Source: an uncultured Gammaproteobacteria bacterium (GTDB lineage Bacteria > Patescibacteriota > Microgenomatia > UBA1406 > HO2-37-13b). From it: DNA of 41,984 bases. Of the stretch, positions 26,200 to 34,240 are shown piece by piece (the first letter of the stretch is position 1; every line of letters begins with the position of its first letter). Under the pieces are notes generated by a model. That model was given only the letters and a program-made list of their open reading frames with translations, searched no databases and had not been told where the DNA came from. Location of the stretch: the NCBI GenBank assembly GCA_964636045.1, contig CAZWRH010000003.1, positions 1 through 41,984 of the forward strand, given 5' to 3'. Position numbers and translations under genes: made by a program.

Positions 26200-26730
26200 A
26201 TGTCTCTTACTATAAAAATTCTTGATAAAAAAAACGTATATTCTAGAAATGGATTTGTTATTAATGAATCGAGAGTTAGAATGCCTAACGGTGATGAAAC
26301 AACTTTTATTATGAGAGAATCTGGTGAATTTGCCATTATTATTCCAAAATTAGAAACAGACATGTTTGTTATGGTGAAGCAACATAGGGTAGGAGTAGAT
26401 AAGATATCTTTAGAATTTCCAATGGGATCTGTTTTTGGAAAGAATCCAGATGAAATGTCACATATTGAACTTAAAGAAGAAACAGGTTATATAGCTAAAA
26501 ATATGAAAAAAATTGGTGATTTTTCTGTTTCTCCTGGGTGGTCTAATCAAAAAGGAAATGTATATTTAGCAACCAACTTAATAGAAGGAGAACCTACCCC
26601 AGAACAGTTTGAAGCTATAGAAATAATCACAGTTTCTCAAGATGAAATTGAGAAAAAAATTTTAAATAAAGAGATTTTTGATGCATCAACAATAGTCTCT
26701 TTTTATTTATATAAAGCTTTATTCGGTTAA
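26200..26730 (+). CDS. NUDIX hydrolase (ADP-ribose pyrophosphatase-like)
   Basis: 176 aa. The Nudix box region is GSVFGKNPDEMSHIELKEETGY (Gx5Ex7REUxEExGU pattern, with L in place of R). Confidence 0.75.
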   Translation: MSLTIKILDKKNVYSRNGFVINESRVRMPNGDETTFIMRESGEFAIIIPKLETDMFVMVKQHRVGVDKISLEFPMGSVFGKNPDEMSHIELKEETGYIAKNMKKIGDFSVSPGWSNQKGNVYLATNLIEGEPTPEQFEAIEIITVSQDEIEKKILNKEIFDASTIVSFYLYKALFG

Positions 26731-26732
26731 TC

Positions 26733-26748
26733 TTCGGTAAATATGCGG
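26733..26748 (+). repeat. 16-nt exact repeat copy 1 (TTCGGTAAATATGCGG), intergenic
   Basis: An identical 16-mer occurs at 27272-27287. The flanks also align, following the pattern AGCTTT(A)TTCGG-N6-TTCGGTAAATATGCGG. A 16/18 related copy, GGTTATTATGCGGTAATT, is at 26161-26178. Confidence 0.9.
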
Positions 26749-26785
26749 TAATTATTATTGTTTTTTTTGTATAATACTTTACAAA

Positions 26786-28045
26786 ATGAAAAAAATAGTT
26801 GTTGTTGGTGGTGGAGTAGGAGGATTGGTAATCTCATATTTACTATCTTTAAAAAAATATAAAGTAACATTAATAGAAAAAAATAAATATTTAGGTGGGC
26901 TTGCTTCTGGTTTTAAAGAAAAAAAATGGTTGTGGTATTTAGATAAACAATATCACCACATATTTAACTCCGACAAAGATTTTTTTACTTTTTGTAAGGA
27001 AATAGGTTTTAATGATATTTTTTTTAAAAAACCTGAGTCATATTCTTTTTTTTCAGATAAAAAAATGTATAAATTTGATTCACCTCAAGATTTATTTTTT
27101 TTCCCAAAAATTAATTTTATTGAGAAGATAAGATTTGGAGTGTTTGTTTTGGTTTTAAAAATTAGTCCATTCATATCTTTTTTTGAAAAAAAAACATCTA
27201 AAAAAATTAGTAAATCATTTTTAGGGAAAAATAGCTGGTTTGTGTTGTGGGAAGAGCTTTTTCGGAAAAAGTTCGGTAAATATGCGGAAAATATTTTAGC
27301 TTCATTTTTTTGGGCCAGAATTAAGGTTAGGTCAAATAAACTATGGTACGTAAAAGGTGGTTTTCAGAATTTCGTTAATTTTTTAGAAAAAAAATGTTTA
27401 AAAAATAAAGTTAGGATAGTTAAAAAAACAAATATTTATAGTGTTTTAAATAAAAAAAATGGGGTAGAGGTTAATGGTATCTTGTATGATAAATGTATTT
27501 TAACAGTGTCGAGTAAAATTATTTCTAAAATAGTAAAAAACAAATCGAAAGATATTAGAAATCTTGGCGAGATAAATTATCTAAATTCTCAAGTGTTAAT
27601 TTTTATTTTAAATAAAAAAATTAAAACCAAAGCTTATTGGATTAATGTTTTAGATAAAAATAATCCAATTATGGTTTCAGTGCTTCACACCAACTTTATT
27701 GATTCAAAAAAATATAATAACTCGGAAATATTATATATAGGAAATTACCTAGAAAAAACAAACAAATTGTTTAAATTATCAAAAAAAGAATTGGTTAGTT
27801 ATTATTTAAAATATTTGCAAGAAATTTTCCCCGACTTTGATAAAAAAAACATTAAAAAAACTTATCTTTTTAGAGAGGAAGATTCTCAACCAATTTTTGA
27901 TAAAATTTTTATAAAAAATAAAATTTCTAGGTTTAATACCTTACTTAAAAATATTTATATTTCTAATTTAGATTCTACGTACCCAAACGACAGAGGGGTT
28001 AACTATGCTATTAAAAAAGCTAAAGAGCTTTTAATTGGTTTTTGA
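26786..28045 (+). CDS. FAD/NAD(P)-binding oxidoreductase (amine oxidase / protoporphyrinogen-oxidase-like fold)
   Basis: 419 aa. The N-terminal dinucleotide-binding motif is KKIVVVGGGVGGLVISYLL...LIEKNKYLGGLA. Confidence 0.6.
   Translation: MKKIVVVGGGVGGLVISYLLSLKKYKVTLIEKNKYLGGLASGFKEKKWLWYLDKQYHHIFNSDKDFFTFCKEIGFNDIFFKKPESYSFFSDKKMYKFDSPQDLFFFPKINFIEKIRFGVFVLVLKISPFISFFEKKTSKKISKSFLGKNSWFVLWEELFRKKFGKYAENILASFFWARIKVRSNKLWYVKGGFQNFVNFLEKKCLKNKVRIVKKTNIYSVLNKKNGVEVNGILYDKCILTVSSKIISKIVKNKSKDIRNLGEINYLNSQVLIFILNKKIKTKAYWINVLDKNNPIMVSVLHTNFIDSKKYNNSEILYIGNYLEKTNKLFKLSKKELVSYYLKYLQEIFPDFDKKNIKKTYLFREEDSQPIFDKIFIKNKISRFNTLLKNIYISNLDSTYPNDRGVNYAIKKAKELLIGF
27272..27287 (+). repeat. 16-nt exact repeat copy 2 (TTCGGTAAATATGCGG), inside oxidoreductase CDS
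   Basis: Exact match to 26733-26748. Here it encodes FGKYAE. Confidence 0.9.
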
Positions 28046-29150
28046 GCTTTACTAAGTATGGTTTGTTTATTAATTCTTCAAGCTTTTGCCATCTTTGTTT
28101 TTTAATTTGGAATGAAACATTGTCTATTAAGTTTTTAGTAGCATATGTTCCGGGTCTAGTTGAGTATATTGAAACATAAGCTTTTTCAAAGTTAATTTTT
28201 TTACATAAAGAATAAGTATTTTTAAACTCTTTATCCGTTTCTGTACAAAAACCAACAATAATGTCGGTTGTAAATTTTACTTCAGGAATATTTTTTTTTA
28301 TCTTATTGATAAGTGATAAATATTGTCTTGATGTGTACCACCTGTTCATTAATTTTAAAACCCGGTCATCACCTGATTGTAAAGGTAAATGAATTGTTCT
28401 ATCAATGTTTTTATTTTTTTTAATTACTTTGATTAATTCATTAGAAAAATCCCACGGATTACTTGACATAAAGCTTATTTTTTTAAAACCAATTTTTGAT
28501 ATTTCTTCAAGTAAGTGAGGAAATAAGGTGGGAATTCTATTTTTTCCTAAATGTTTAACATAGGTTACTTTTTTATCATGTTTTTTTAAATCAGCTCCAT
28601 AAGAATTAACATTTTGACCAAGAAGCATTATTTCTTTAAAACCTTTTTTATAAATTTCTTGACATTCTTTAATGATTTTTTCAAACGGCTTACTAATTTC
28701 CTTTCCTCTTGCATAAGGAACAACACAATAACTACAGAAATTATTACAACCATTAGATATGGAGACGTAAGCTGTCTTATTTTTTAAATCAGAATTCCCA
28801 GGTTCTTTTTTAATTAATTTTGAAATATGTACAAACTCATCAATTATTTTTAATTTTTTTTTAAATAATTTGTCTAGTTTAGGATTATTGATTGCCATCC
28901 CAGCCATACAACCAGTAATAATTATTTTTTGTTTTTTTAAACCTTTTTCTTTAAGTTTCTTTAGGTTATTAATAAGTCCATAGACCCTATTTTCAGCAGA
29001 CTCTCTAATCATGCAAGTATTTAAGATGACAACATCGGCATTTTTATAAAAAGAAGTTTTTTTAAAACCAGATTTTTTAAAAGATGATTCTATTTTGTTA
29101 GAATCTGCATAGTTTTGCTGACAACCGAAAGTTTTTAAATAGAATTTCAT
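28020..29150 (-). CDS. radical SAM methylthiotransferase, MiaB/RimO-family, apparently lacking the C-terminal TRAM domain
   Basis: 376 aa. UPF0004 N-domain (MKFYLKTFGCQQNYADS ... NTCMIRE ... GCMA) and radical SAM cluster motif CNNFCSYCVVPYARG. The protein ends shortly after the radical SAM core. Confidence 0.75.
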   Translation of the reverse strand: MKFYLKTFGCQQNYADSNKIESSFKKSGFKKTSFYKNADVVILNTCMIRESAENRVYGLINNLKKLKEKGLKKQKIIITGCMAGMAINNPKLDKLFKKKLKIIDEFVHISKLIKKEPGNSDLKNKTAYVSISNGCNNFCSYCVVPYARGKEISKPFEKIIKECQEIYKKGFKEIMLLGQNVNSYGADLKKHDKKVTYVKHLGKNRIPTLFPHLLEEISKIGFKKISFMSSNPWDFSNELIKVIKKNKNIDRTIHLPLQSGDDRVLKLMNRWYTSRQYLSLINKIKKNIPEVKFTTDIIVGFCTETDKEFKNTYSLCKKINFEKAYVSIYSTRPGTYATKNLIDNVSFQIKKQRWQKLEELINKPYLVKLKNQLKAL

Positions 29151-29578
29151 AGAGAGAGCATATTCATAATCCTTTTAGGATCTGCTTTACTTTTTAGTTT
29201 TCCAATACATATTCCAAAGATTGTTTTTGGATTTTTTTCAATTAATTCTTTATTTTCTTGTTTTATTAATTCAATTTCCTTTTTTAATTCTTCATCAGAT
29301 ATTTCTTGTGGTAAATATTCGTTTAAAATATTTATTTGATAATTGTTTTCTTCAATCAAATCATGTCTGTTTCCTTTTTTAAACATTTCGTTTGCATCAT
29401 TTAATTCTTTAATTTGTTTTCTTATTACTTGAACAATTTCTTCGTCTGTTAATTCAGTTTTTTTATCAATCTCTTTATTTTTAATAGATGACATTAAAAA
29501 TCTAAACACATTAGTTTTTTTTGTATCTTTTTCTTTTAAAGCTGTTATTAATTTTTCTTGTATTTGTTGTTTTAACAT
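29147..29578 (-). CDS. yqeY: GatB/YqeY domain protein
   Basis: Preferred start is Met13 (MLKQQIQEKLITALKEKDTKKTNVFRFLMSSIKNKEID). The YqeY-type pattern and the size (143 aa) fit. The track start is 29614. Confidence 0.7.
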   Translation of the reverse strand: MLKQQIQEKLITALKEKDTKKTNVFRFLMSSIKNKEIDKKTELTDEEIVQVIRKQIKELNDANEMFKKGNRHDLIEENNYQINILNEYLPQEISDEELKKEIELIKQENKELIEKNPKTIFGICIGKLKSKADPKRIMNMLSL

Positions 29579-29622
29579 TGTAATATTATACATTACTTTT
29601 ACTTTAAGATTCATTTTTATTT

Positions 29623-29994
29623 ATGAAAAAAAGAGATTTGTTACAAACAATTGAAAAATTTAATCAAAAAATCAATACCCATACTCCAAGTGAATTAGAA
29701 ATGTTAAGGGAGTTAAAAGTAATGAATTTAAAAATAAAAACGAACAATCTAGACATTAATAAGCTCTTAAAAGAAAAACAAAATATAATTAAAACTATTT
29801 GGAAGGTTGCTATTTTTGAAAAAATGATTTTAAAAGAATCAAAAGGAATGACAAAAAAAGAAAAAAGCAAGTTACTTGATTATTTTAATAATTATTTAAA
29901 AATAAATAATGGTAATAAGTTAGAAACAGCTTCTTCTAAAGATATTATTGAAATATTCCAAGATAATTTATTTGAGAAGAAAATAATTAATTAA
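29623..29994 (+). CDS. hypothetical protein (123 aa, Lys-rich helical)
   Basis: ORF only. No motif recognised. Confidence 0.35.
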   Translation: MKKRDLLQTIEKFNQKINTHTPSELEMLRELKVMNLKIKTNNLDINKLLKEKQNIIKTIWKVAIFEKMILKESKGMTKKEKSKLLDYFNNYLKINNGNKLETASSKDIIEIFQDNLFEKKIIN

Positions 29995-30003
29995 ATTATT
30001 AAT

Positions 30004-30582
30004 ATGAATTACCCAGTAGTTCTCGATGTTGAAACAAAACATACTTTTAAAGAGTTTTCTGATACTAAAAAATTAGGAATTTCTGTGGCATGTATTTATG
30101 ATTTTAAAGACAATAAATTAAAAAGTTTTCTTGAATCAGAGTTGTCGCAACTATTTTCTATTTTAGAAAACTCATCATTAATAATTGGATTTAATGTTGT
30201 AAGTTTTGATTTACAAGTTCTCCAAGGATATTATCCAGGGAAAATGACTCAATTTAAAACTTTTGATATTTTAGAAGATATAAGAGAAATTATCGGAAGA
30301 AGGCTTTCTTTAAACGATTTAGTATCGGCAACGCTTGGAAAGAAAAAATCCGGTCACGGTCTTCATGCTATTGAACTTTATAAAGAAGGCAAATTTGAAG
30401 AATTAAAAAACTATTGTTTTGACGATGTTATTTTAACCAAAGAATTGTTTGATTTTGGCTTAAAAAAGAATGAAATATATTATATGGACTATACAGGTAA
30501 AAGAACCATTGAGGTTAGTTGGAAAAAACATTTAAACACCAATAATCAAAAAAAAGAAATTGCCTTAACTTTACCTTTTTAA
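30004..30582 (+). CDS. RNase H-fold 3'-5' exonuclease (DEDD-type, PolB-exonuclease-like)
   Basis: 192 aa. VVLDVETK (DxE), IIGFNVVSFDLQVL (D) and HGLHAIELY...YCFDDVILT (H...D) give the DEDD pattern. Confidence 0.65.
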   Translation: MNYPVVLDVETKHTFKEFSDTKKLGISVACIYDFKDNKLKSFLESELSQLFSILENSSLIIGFNVVSFDLQVLQGYYPGKMTQFKTFDILEDIREIIGRRLSLNDLVSATLGKKKSGHGLHAIELYKEGKFEELKNYCFDDVILTKELFDFGLKKNEIYYMDYTGKRTIEVSWKKHLNTNNQKKEIALTLPF

Positions 30583-31667
30583 TAAGAGGAGTCAAATAGG
30601 GTAACACTCTTTCTTTTTGTTTTTAATCTTCCAAGTGCATTTAAATATGATCTTTCAAACTCTGCAAGTCTTTCAGGTGAGTAGTTGTTTCTATTTCCAT
30701 AATAAAAAGTATTTAAAAATTTTGGAAAACTTATTTGAGATTGGTCTATTAAAATTGATCCATCTTTAATACAGTAGGATTGGTTGTAGTAAATAAATCT
30801 AACAATATAATAATCCCATAATTTATTTACTATTTTTTCTCCAACATGATTTGGATCATAAATTAATTTACCTCCAATTAACGCCTCAGGAAAAAAACCT
30901 TTGAAATGTATATTTTGATCAGTAAAAAAATTTAAAACTTTATCTCCTGGTTTTGGCGTTGGTTTTTTTTCACCAGTAAAAGACGTTCTAATTTCACTTT
31001 TTGGACTTATTGGAGAAATTCTTTTTATATGTTCATTTTTTTTATGAATATTAAACCCATCTTGTAAACCAAATAAATGAAATTCTACCTCAATAGCGTT
31101 GGTGGTCATGGAATATAATCTAGACAACCCTTTTCCATTTTTTATTATTGGTTTTAGATTGTCAAAAGGACCAAGTTCTTCAGAAAAAATAAATCCTTTA
31201 TCTTTTAATCCTTTTATAATATTAATTTCTCTATCAATATCTTTAATATTATTTTTTTGTGGAAGAATAGATATAAGGTCAATATCAGAATGTGTTCCAT
31301 TAATTTTTCCATTTGCATAAGAACCAAAAGTAAACAAAATTGATTCAGACCCATTCATAGCCAAATGTTCAACTAATTGATTAAGTTTTTGATCAAGGTT
31401 ATTTGCATGTTCTTCTATAGACTCTGATTTACTAAATTTCTTATTAAAATAAGTTTTAAAAACATCTTTTCTAATCTTGTCTAAAGATTCACTTTCTATC
31501 ATAGGAGATGGTATTTGTATTTCACTACATATATTTCCTATTTCAGATATATTAGAAACCGCAAGTCTTGATCTTAAATTAAAAAGTTGAGTAATGTCTT
31601 CGGGTTTAATAGGATCGGTTGAAAAAGGGAGCTCTTGTCTTCTTTGATTATGTTCTATATTGGTCAT
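30579..31667 (-). CDS. Pol-beta-superfamily nucleotidyltransferase, paralog A (OAS/CD-NTase-like core motif)
   Basis: 362 aa. The motif FTFGSYANGKINGTHSDIDLISIL (GS-x10-DxD) follows a helical N-terminal region. A candidate third acidic residue lies in IEVEFHLFG. It is a paralog of 33027..34121. Confidence 0.6.
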   Translation of the reverse strand: MTNIEHNQRRQELPFSTDPIKPEDITQLFNLRSRLAVSNISEIGNICSEIQIPSPMIESESLDKIRKDVFKTYFNKKFSKSESIEEHANNLDQKLNQLVEHLAMNGSESILFTFGSYANGKINGTHSDIDLISILPQKNNIKDIDREINIIKGLKDKGFIFSEELGPFDNLKPIIKNGKGLSRLYSMTTNAIEVEFHLFGLQDGFNIHKKNEHIKRISPISPKSEIRTSFTGEKKPTPKPGDKVLNFFTDQNIHFKGFFPEALIGGKLIYDPNHVGEKIVNKLWDYYIVRFIYYNQSYCIKDGSILIDQSQISFPKFLNTFYYGNRNNYSPERLAEFERSYLNALGRLKTKRKSVTLFDSSY

Positions 31668-31719
31668 AGCCCAACTGTATATATTATGATAGTGTCATAA
31701 TATTTGCAAGGGGTTTTAT

Positions 31720-32985
31720 TTAAAAATAAATAAGAGGAATTTCCATTTCCTCAGGAGTTAATCCACCGTGATGACCGTTGAATTTAAATTCAAATACTCC
31801 TTTTTTATACCACCAAACAGATTCATTTTTATAGGGTAGGATAACTAAGTTTCCAACTCTTTTTAAAAACTTTTTTGTGATTTTTTTTGGATCTCCAAAT
31901 ATTCCTTCCTTAATTAGTTCGCGAGTTTTATAAACCTCTGCTTTACCGACTAATTTTTTTCTTAAAAAGTACAGGACTTTATTTAAATATTCATTTTTAA
32001 TATGTAGAAAAAAATCACGTGGTGAGCCAACTGGAACAATATATTTTCCATCCTTATCTGTTTTTAAGTATTTTAATATGCTCGGATATTTTTTATTTAA
32101 ATAAATTCCAGATTTTTTATTAAGTGCAACTTGACCATGATCGGCTGTAATCATTATTGTTGTATTTTTTAAGTCTATTTTATCTAAAAAATTAGTTTCA
32201 AAATTATTAAAAAAATTTAGAATCTCTTGTTTTACAAATTCAGAATCAGGTCCATATTCATGAGACATAGCATCGATGCTATCAAAATAAAAATAACAAA
32301 ATTTTTTACTAGAAGAATCATTTAAAATGTTGGTCAATTTTAATAATCCTTGAGTTAAAGTTTCAAAAGGCATTTGTTTACTACCAAATAATATTCTATT
32401 AGAATATGCATTATTGCAAATTTTGCTACTTTGAAATGCAAAAGAATCAATGTTTTGTTTTTTTAAATTTAAATAAAATTTATTTTTTGGAATAATATTT
32501 GCGAATTTTCTATTTATTTTTAATAATTCATCTCTATTCATTTTTTCACCTGTTATTGTCATGAGAATAGGAGAAATTACTTTATTAACTTTTGATTCAA
32601 AATAATTCCATTCATAAAGACAATGCTCTGGGGTGGTTAGATTTGTTGTTATTGTGGTGATTTCATTTGTGGTGGTTGATGGAAATTGAGAAGTTAGTTT
32701 TGAAATTATTCCTTGTTTTTCAATTTTTTTAAAAATAGGATGTTCATTTTTCATTTTTTCAAAAAAAGACCAACCAAATCCATCAATTACAAATAGAACA
32801 ACATTTTTAATGTCTTTTTTTTTGTTAAAAACGTCTTCTGAAAAGATATCTTTATTTTTTTTATTAGTTAAAAGGTGCTCAGCGGTATTTAATATTTTTG
32901 TAAAAGAATATTTATTTGATGGTTTTAAAAAATATTTAGAGAATTTGTTTTTATTTATTTCTTGAATAGAGATTTGGTTAATCAT
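31720..32985 (-). CDS. alkaline-phosphatase-superfamily enzyme, type I phosphodiesterase/nucleotide pyrophosphatase (NPP)-like
   Basis: 421 aa. The motifs are VVLFVIDGFGWSFF (metal Asp), QFPSTTTNE (Ser/Thr nucleophile region), YFYFDSIDAMSHEYGPDS (the D..D..H..GP motif), ITADHGQ and NGHHGGLTPEEMEIPLI. Confidence 0.65.
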   Translation of the reverse strand: MINQISIQEINKNKFSKYFLKPSNKYSFTKILNTAEHLLTNKKNKDIFSEDVFNKKKDIKNVVLFVIDGFGWSFFEKMKNEHPIFKKIEKQGIISKLTSQFPSTTTNEITTITTNLTTPEHCLYEWNYFESKVNKVISPILMTITGEKMNRDELLKINRKFANIIPKNKFYLNLKKQNIDSFAFQSSKICNNAYSNRILFGSKQMPFETLTQGLLKLTNILNDSSSKKFCYFYFDSIDAMSHEYGPDSEFVKQEILNFFNNFETNFLDKIDLKNTTIMITADHGQVALNKKSGIYLNKKYPSILKYLKTDKDGKYIVPVGSPRDFFLHIKNEYLNKVLYFLRKKLVGKAEVYKTRELIKEGIFGDPKKITKKFLKRVGNLVILPYKNESVWWYKKGVFEFKFNGHHGGLTPEEMEIPLIYF

Positions 32986-33026
32986 ATATGTTAGAAATTA
33001 TATCAACAATATAAAAATACAAGATA

Positions 33027-34121
33027 TTATTCTATTTTTAGATTATGGCTTGATGCAAGTCTACTTAGATGAAGGTAATAATGTCTTTCAAGCTCAGCTA
33101 ATCTTTGAGGAGAATAATCTTCTTTTTTGAAATGATATAAAGTATTTAAAAATTTTTCAAAATTAATTTTTTCAAAATTAATAATTCTATTTCTCTTATC
33201 ATATGCACAATTAAAATAAATAAATCTTTTTAAAATAGTCATCCATAATTTTTCTCTAATTTTTTCACCAACAAGATTTTTATCGTAAATTATATCTCCA
33301 GTTGCAACATTATCTGTAAAAAAACCTTTATACATCTCTCCATCTTCTTCAACAAAATTTTGAACACAATTAGTTGGTTTGATTAATCCTTTTCTTTCTC
33401 CAGTGAATGAAATTCTAATCTCTACTTTTGGAGATGTTGGAGCAACTCTTTCTATAGATTTTCTTCTTAAATTTAGGGAGTGTGCGTCATCTATGCCAAT
33501 TAAATGGTATTCAGTTTCTAAACCTTCTTCAGTCATAGAATATAACCTTGTCAAGCCTTTTCCAGTTTTTAATATTGGTTTTAAGTTTTCAAAAGGACCA
33601 AGTTCTTCAGAAAAAACAAACCCTCTTTCTTTTAAAGACTCAATTTTATAAATTTCTTCATTTACTTCATCATCAGTTTTCATTTTTGGTAATATGACAA
33701 TAAAATCGATATCAGAATGAGGGCTGCTAATTTTTCCATTTGCAAAAGATCCAAAAGTTATAAAGATTGAGTTTGATTGGTTAAATGTAAAATGTTTTAT
33801 TAACTCATTTAGAGAGTTATTTAATTTAGTTTCATGTTCCTTAATGTCTTGAGAGGTTGGAAAATTTTGTTCAAAATAACTATTGAAAATTTGTTTTTTT
33901 ATTTTTTGATTTATTTCTGGTTCATTTGGAGATGAAATGTTAAATTGATCACAAATATCTATAAGAGAATCAATGTCTTCAGCTCCCCAAATAGCAGTTC
34001 TAACATTAAAGAGTTGTGTTACTTTGTTTTGGGTAATATTGGTTGCTTGAGGTTTTTTTTCAGACTTATAAATTACATTTCCTGATTGTTCAGTAGTTTG
34101 AGGTATGGGTCGTCTTTCCAT
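33027..34121 (-). CDS. Pol-beta-superfamily nucleotidyltransferase, paralog B
   Basis: 364 aa. ITFGSFANGKISSPHSDIDFIVIL and LETEYHLIG. By eye, roughly half of the aligned core positions are identical to paralog A. A 28-nt stretch is identical at DNA level (33589-33616 versus 31162-31189). Confidence 0.6.
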   Translation of the reverse strand: MERRPIPQTTEQSGNVIYKSEKKPQATNITQNKVTQLFNVRTAIWGAEDIDSLIDICDQFNISSPNEPEINQKIKKQIFNSYFEQNFPTSQDIKEHETKLNNSLNELIKHFTFNQSNSIFITFGSFANGKISSPHSDIDFIVILPKMKTDDEVNEEIYKIESLKERGFVFSEELGPFENLKPILKTGKGLTRLYSMTEEGLETEYHLIGIDDAHSLNLRRKSIERVAPTSPKVEIRISFTGERKGLIKPTNCVQNFVEEDGEMYKGFFTDNVATGDIIYDKNLVGEKIREKLWMTILKRFIYFNCAYDKRNRIINFEKINFEKFLNTLYHFKKEDYSPQRLAELERHYYLHLSRLASSHNLKIE

Positions 34122-34240
34122 ATTCTATTATAAACTAATATATTAAAAATCAATATAATTTTTAATTATGTCCTATAGTATACTATATAACTAAATTAGT
34201 TTCAATATTATTTGAATTTAAATTTTATATAATATAAATA

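Noticed and set aside
31683-31701. Inverted repeat ATTATGA-TAGTG-TCATAAT between the NPP-like gene and NTase A.
   Set aside because: The stem is short and AT-rich, with no following T tract. It is not distinguishable from chance, and it is not repeated in the other intra-operon spacer (32986-33026).
34174-34187. Perfect 14-bp palindrome TATAGTATACTATA in the divergent spacer between NTase B and the UbiA-like gene.
   Set aside because: It could be an operator. However, a pure A/T-rich 7+7 palindrome is expected several times by chance in the intergenic DNA of a genome this AT-rich, and I saw no second copy.
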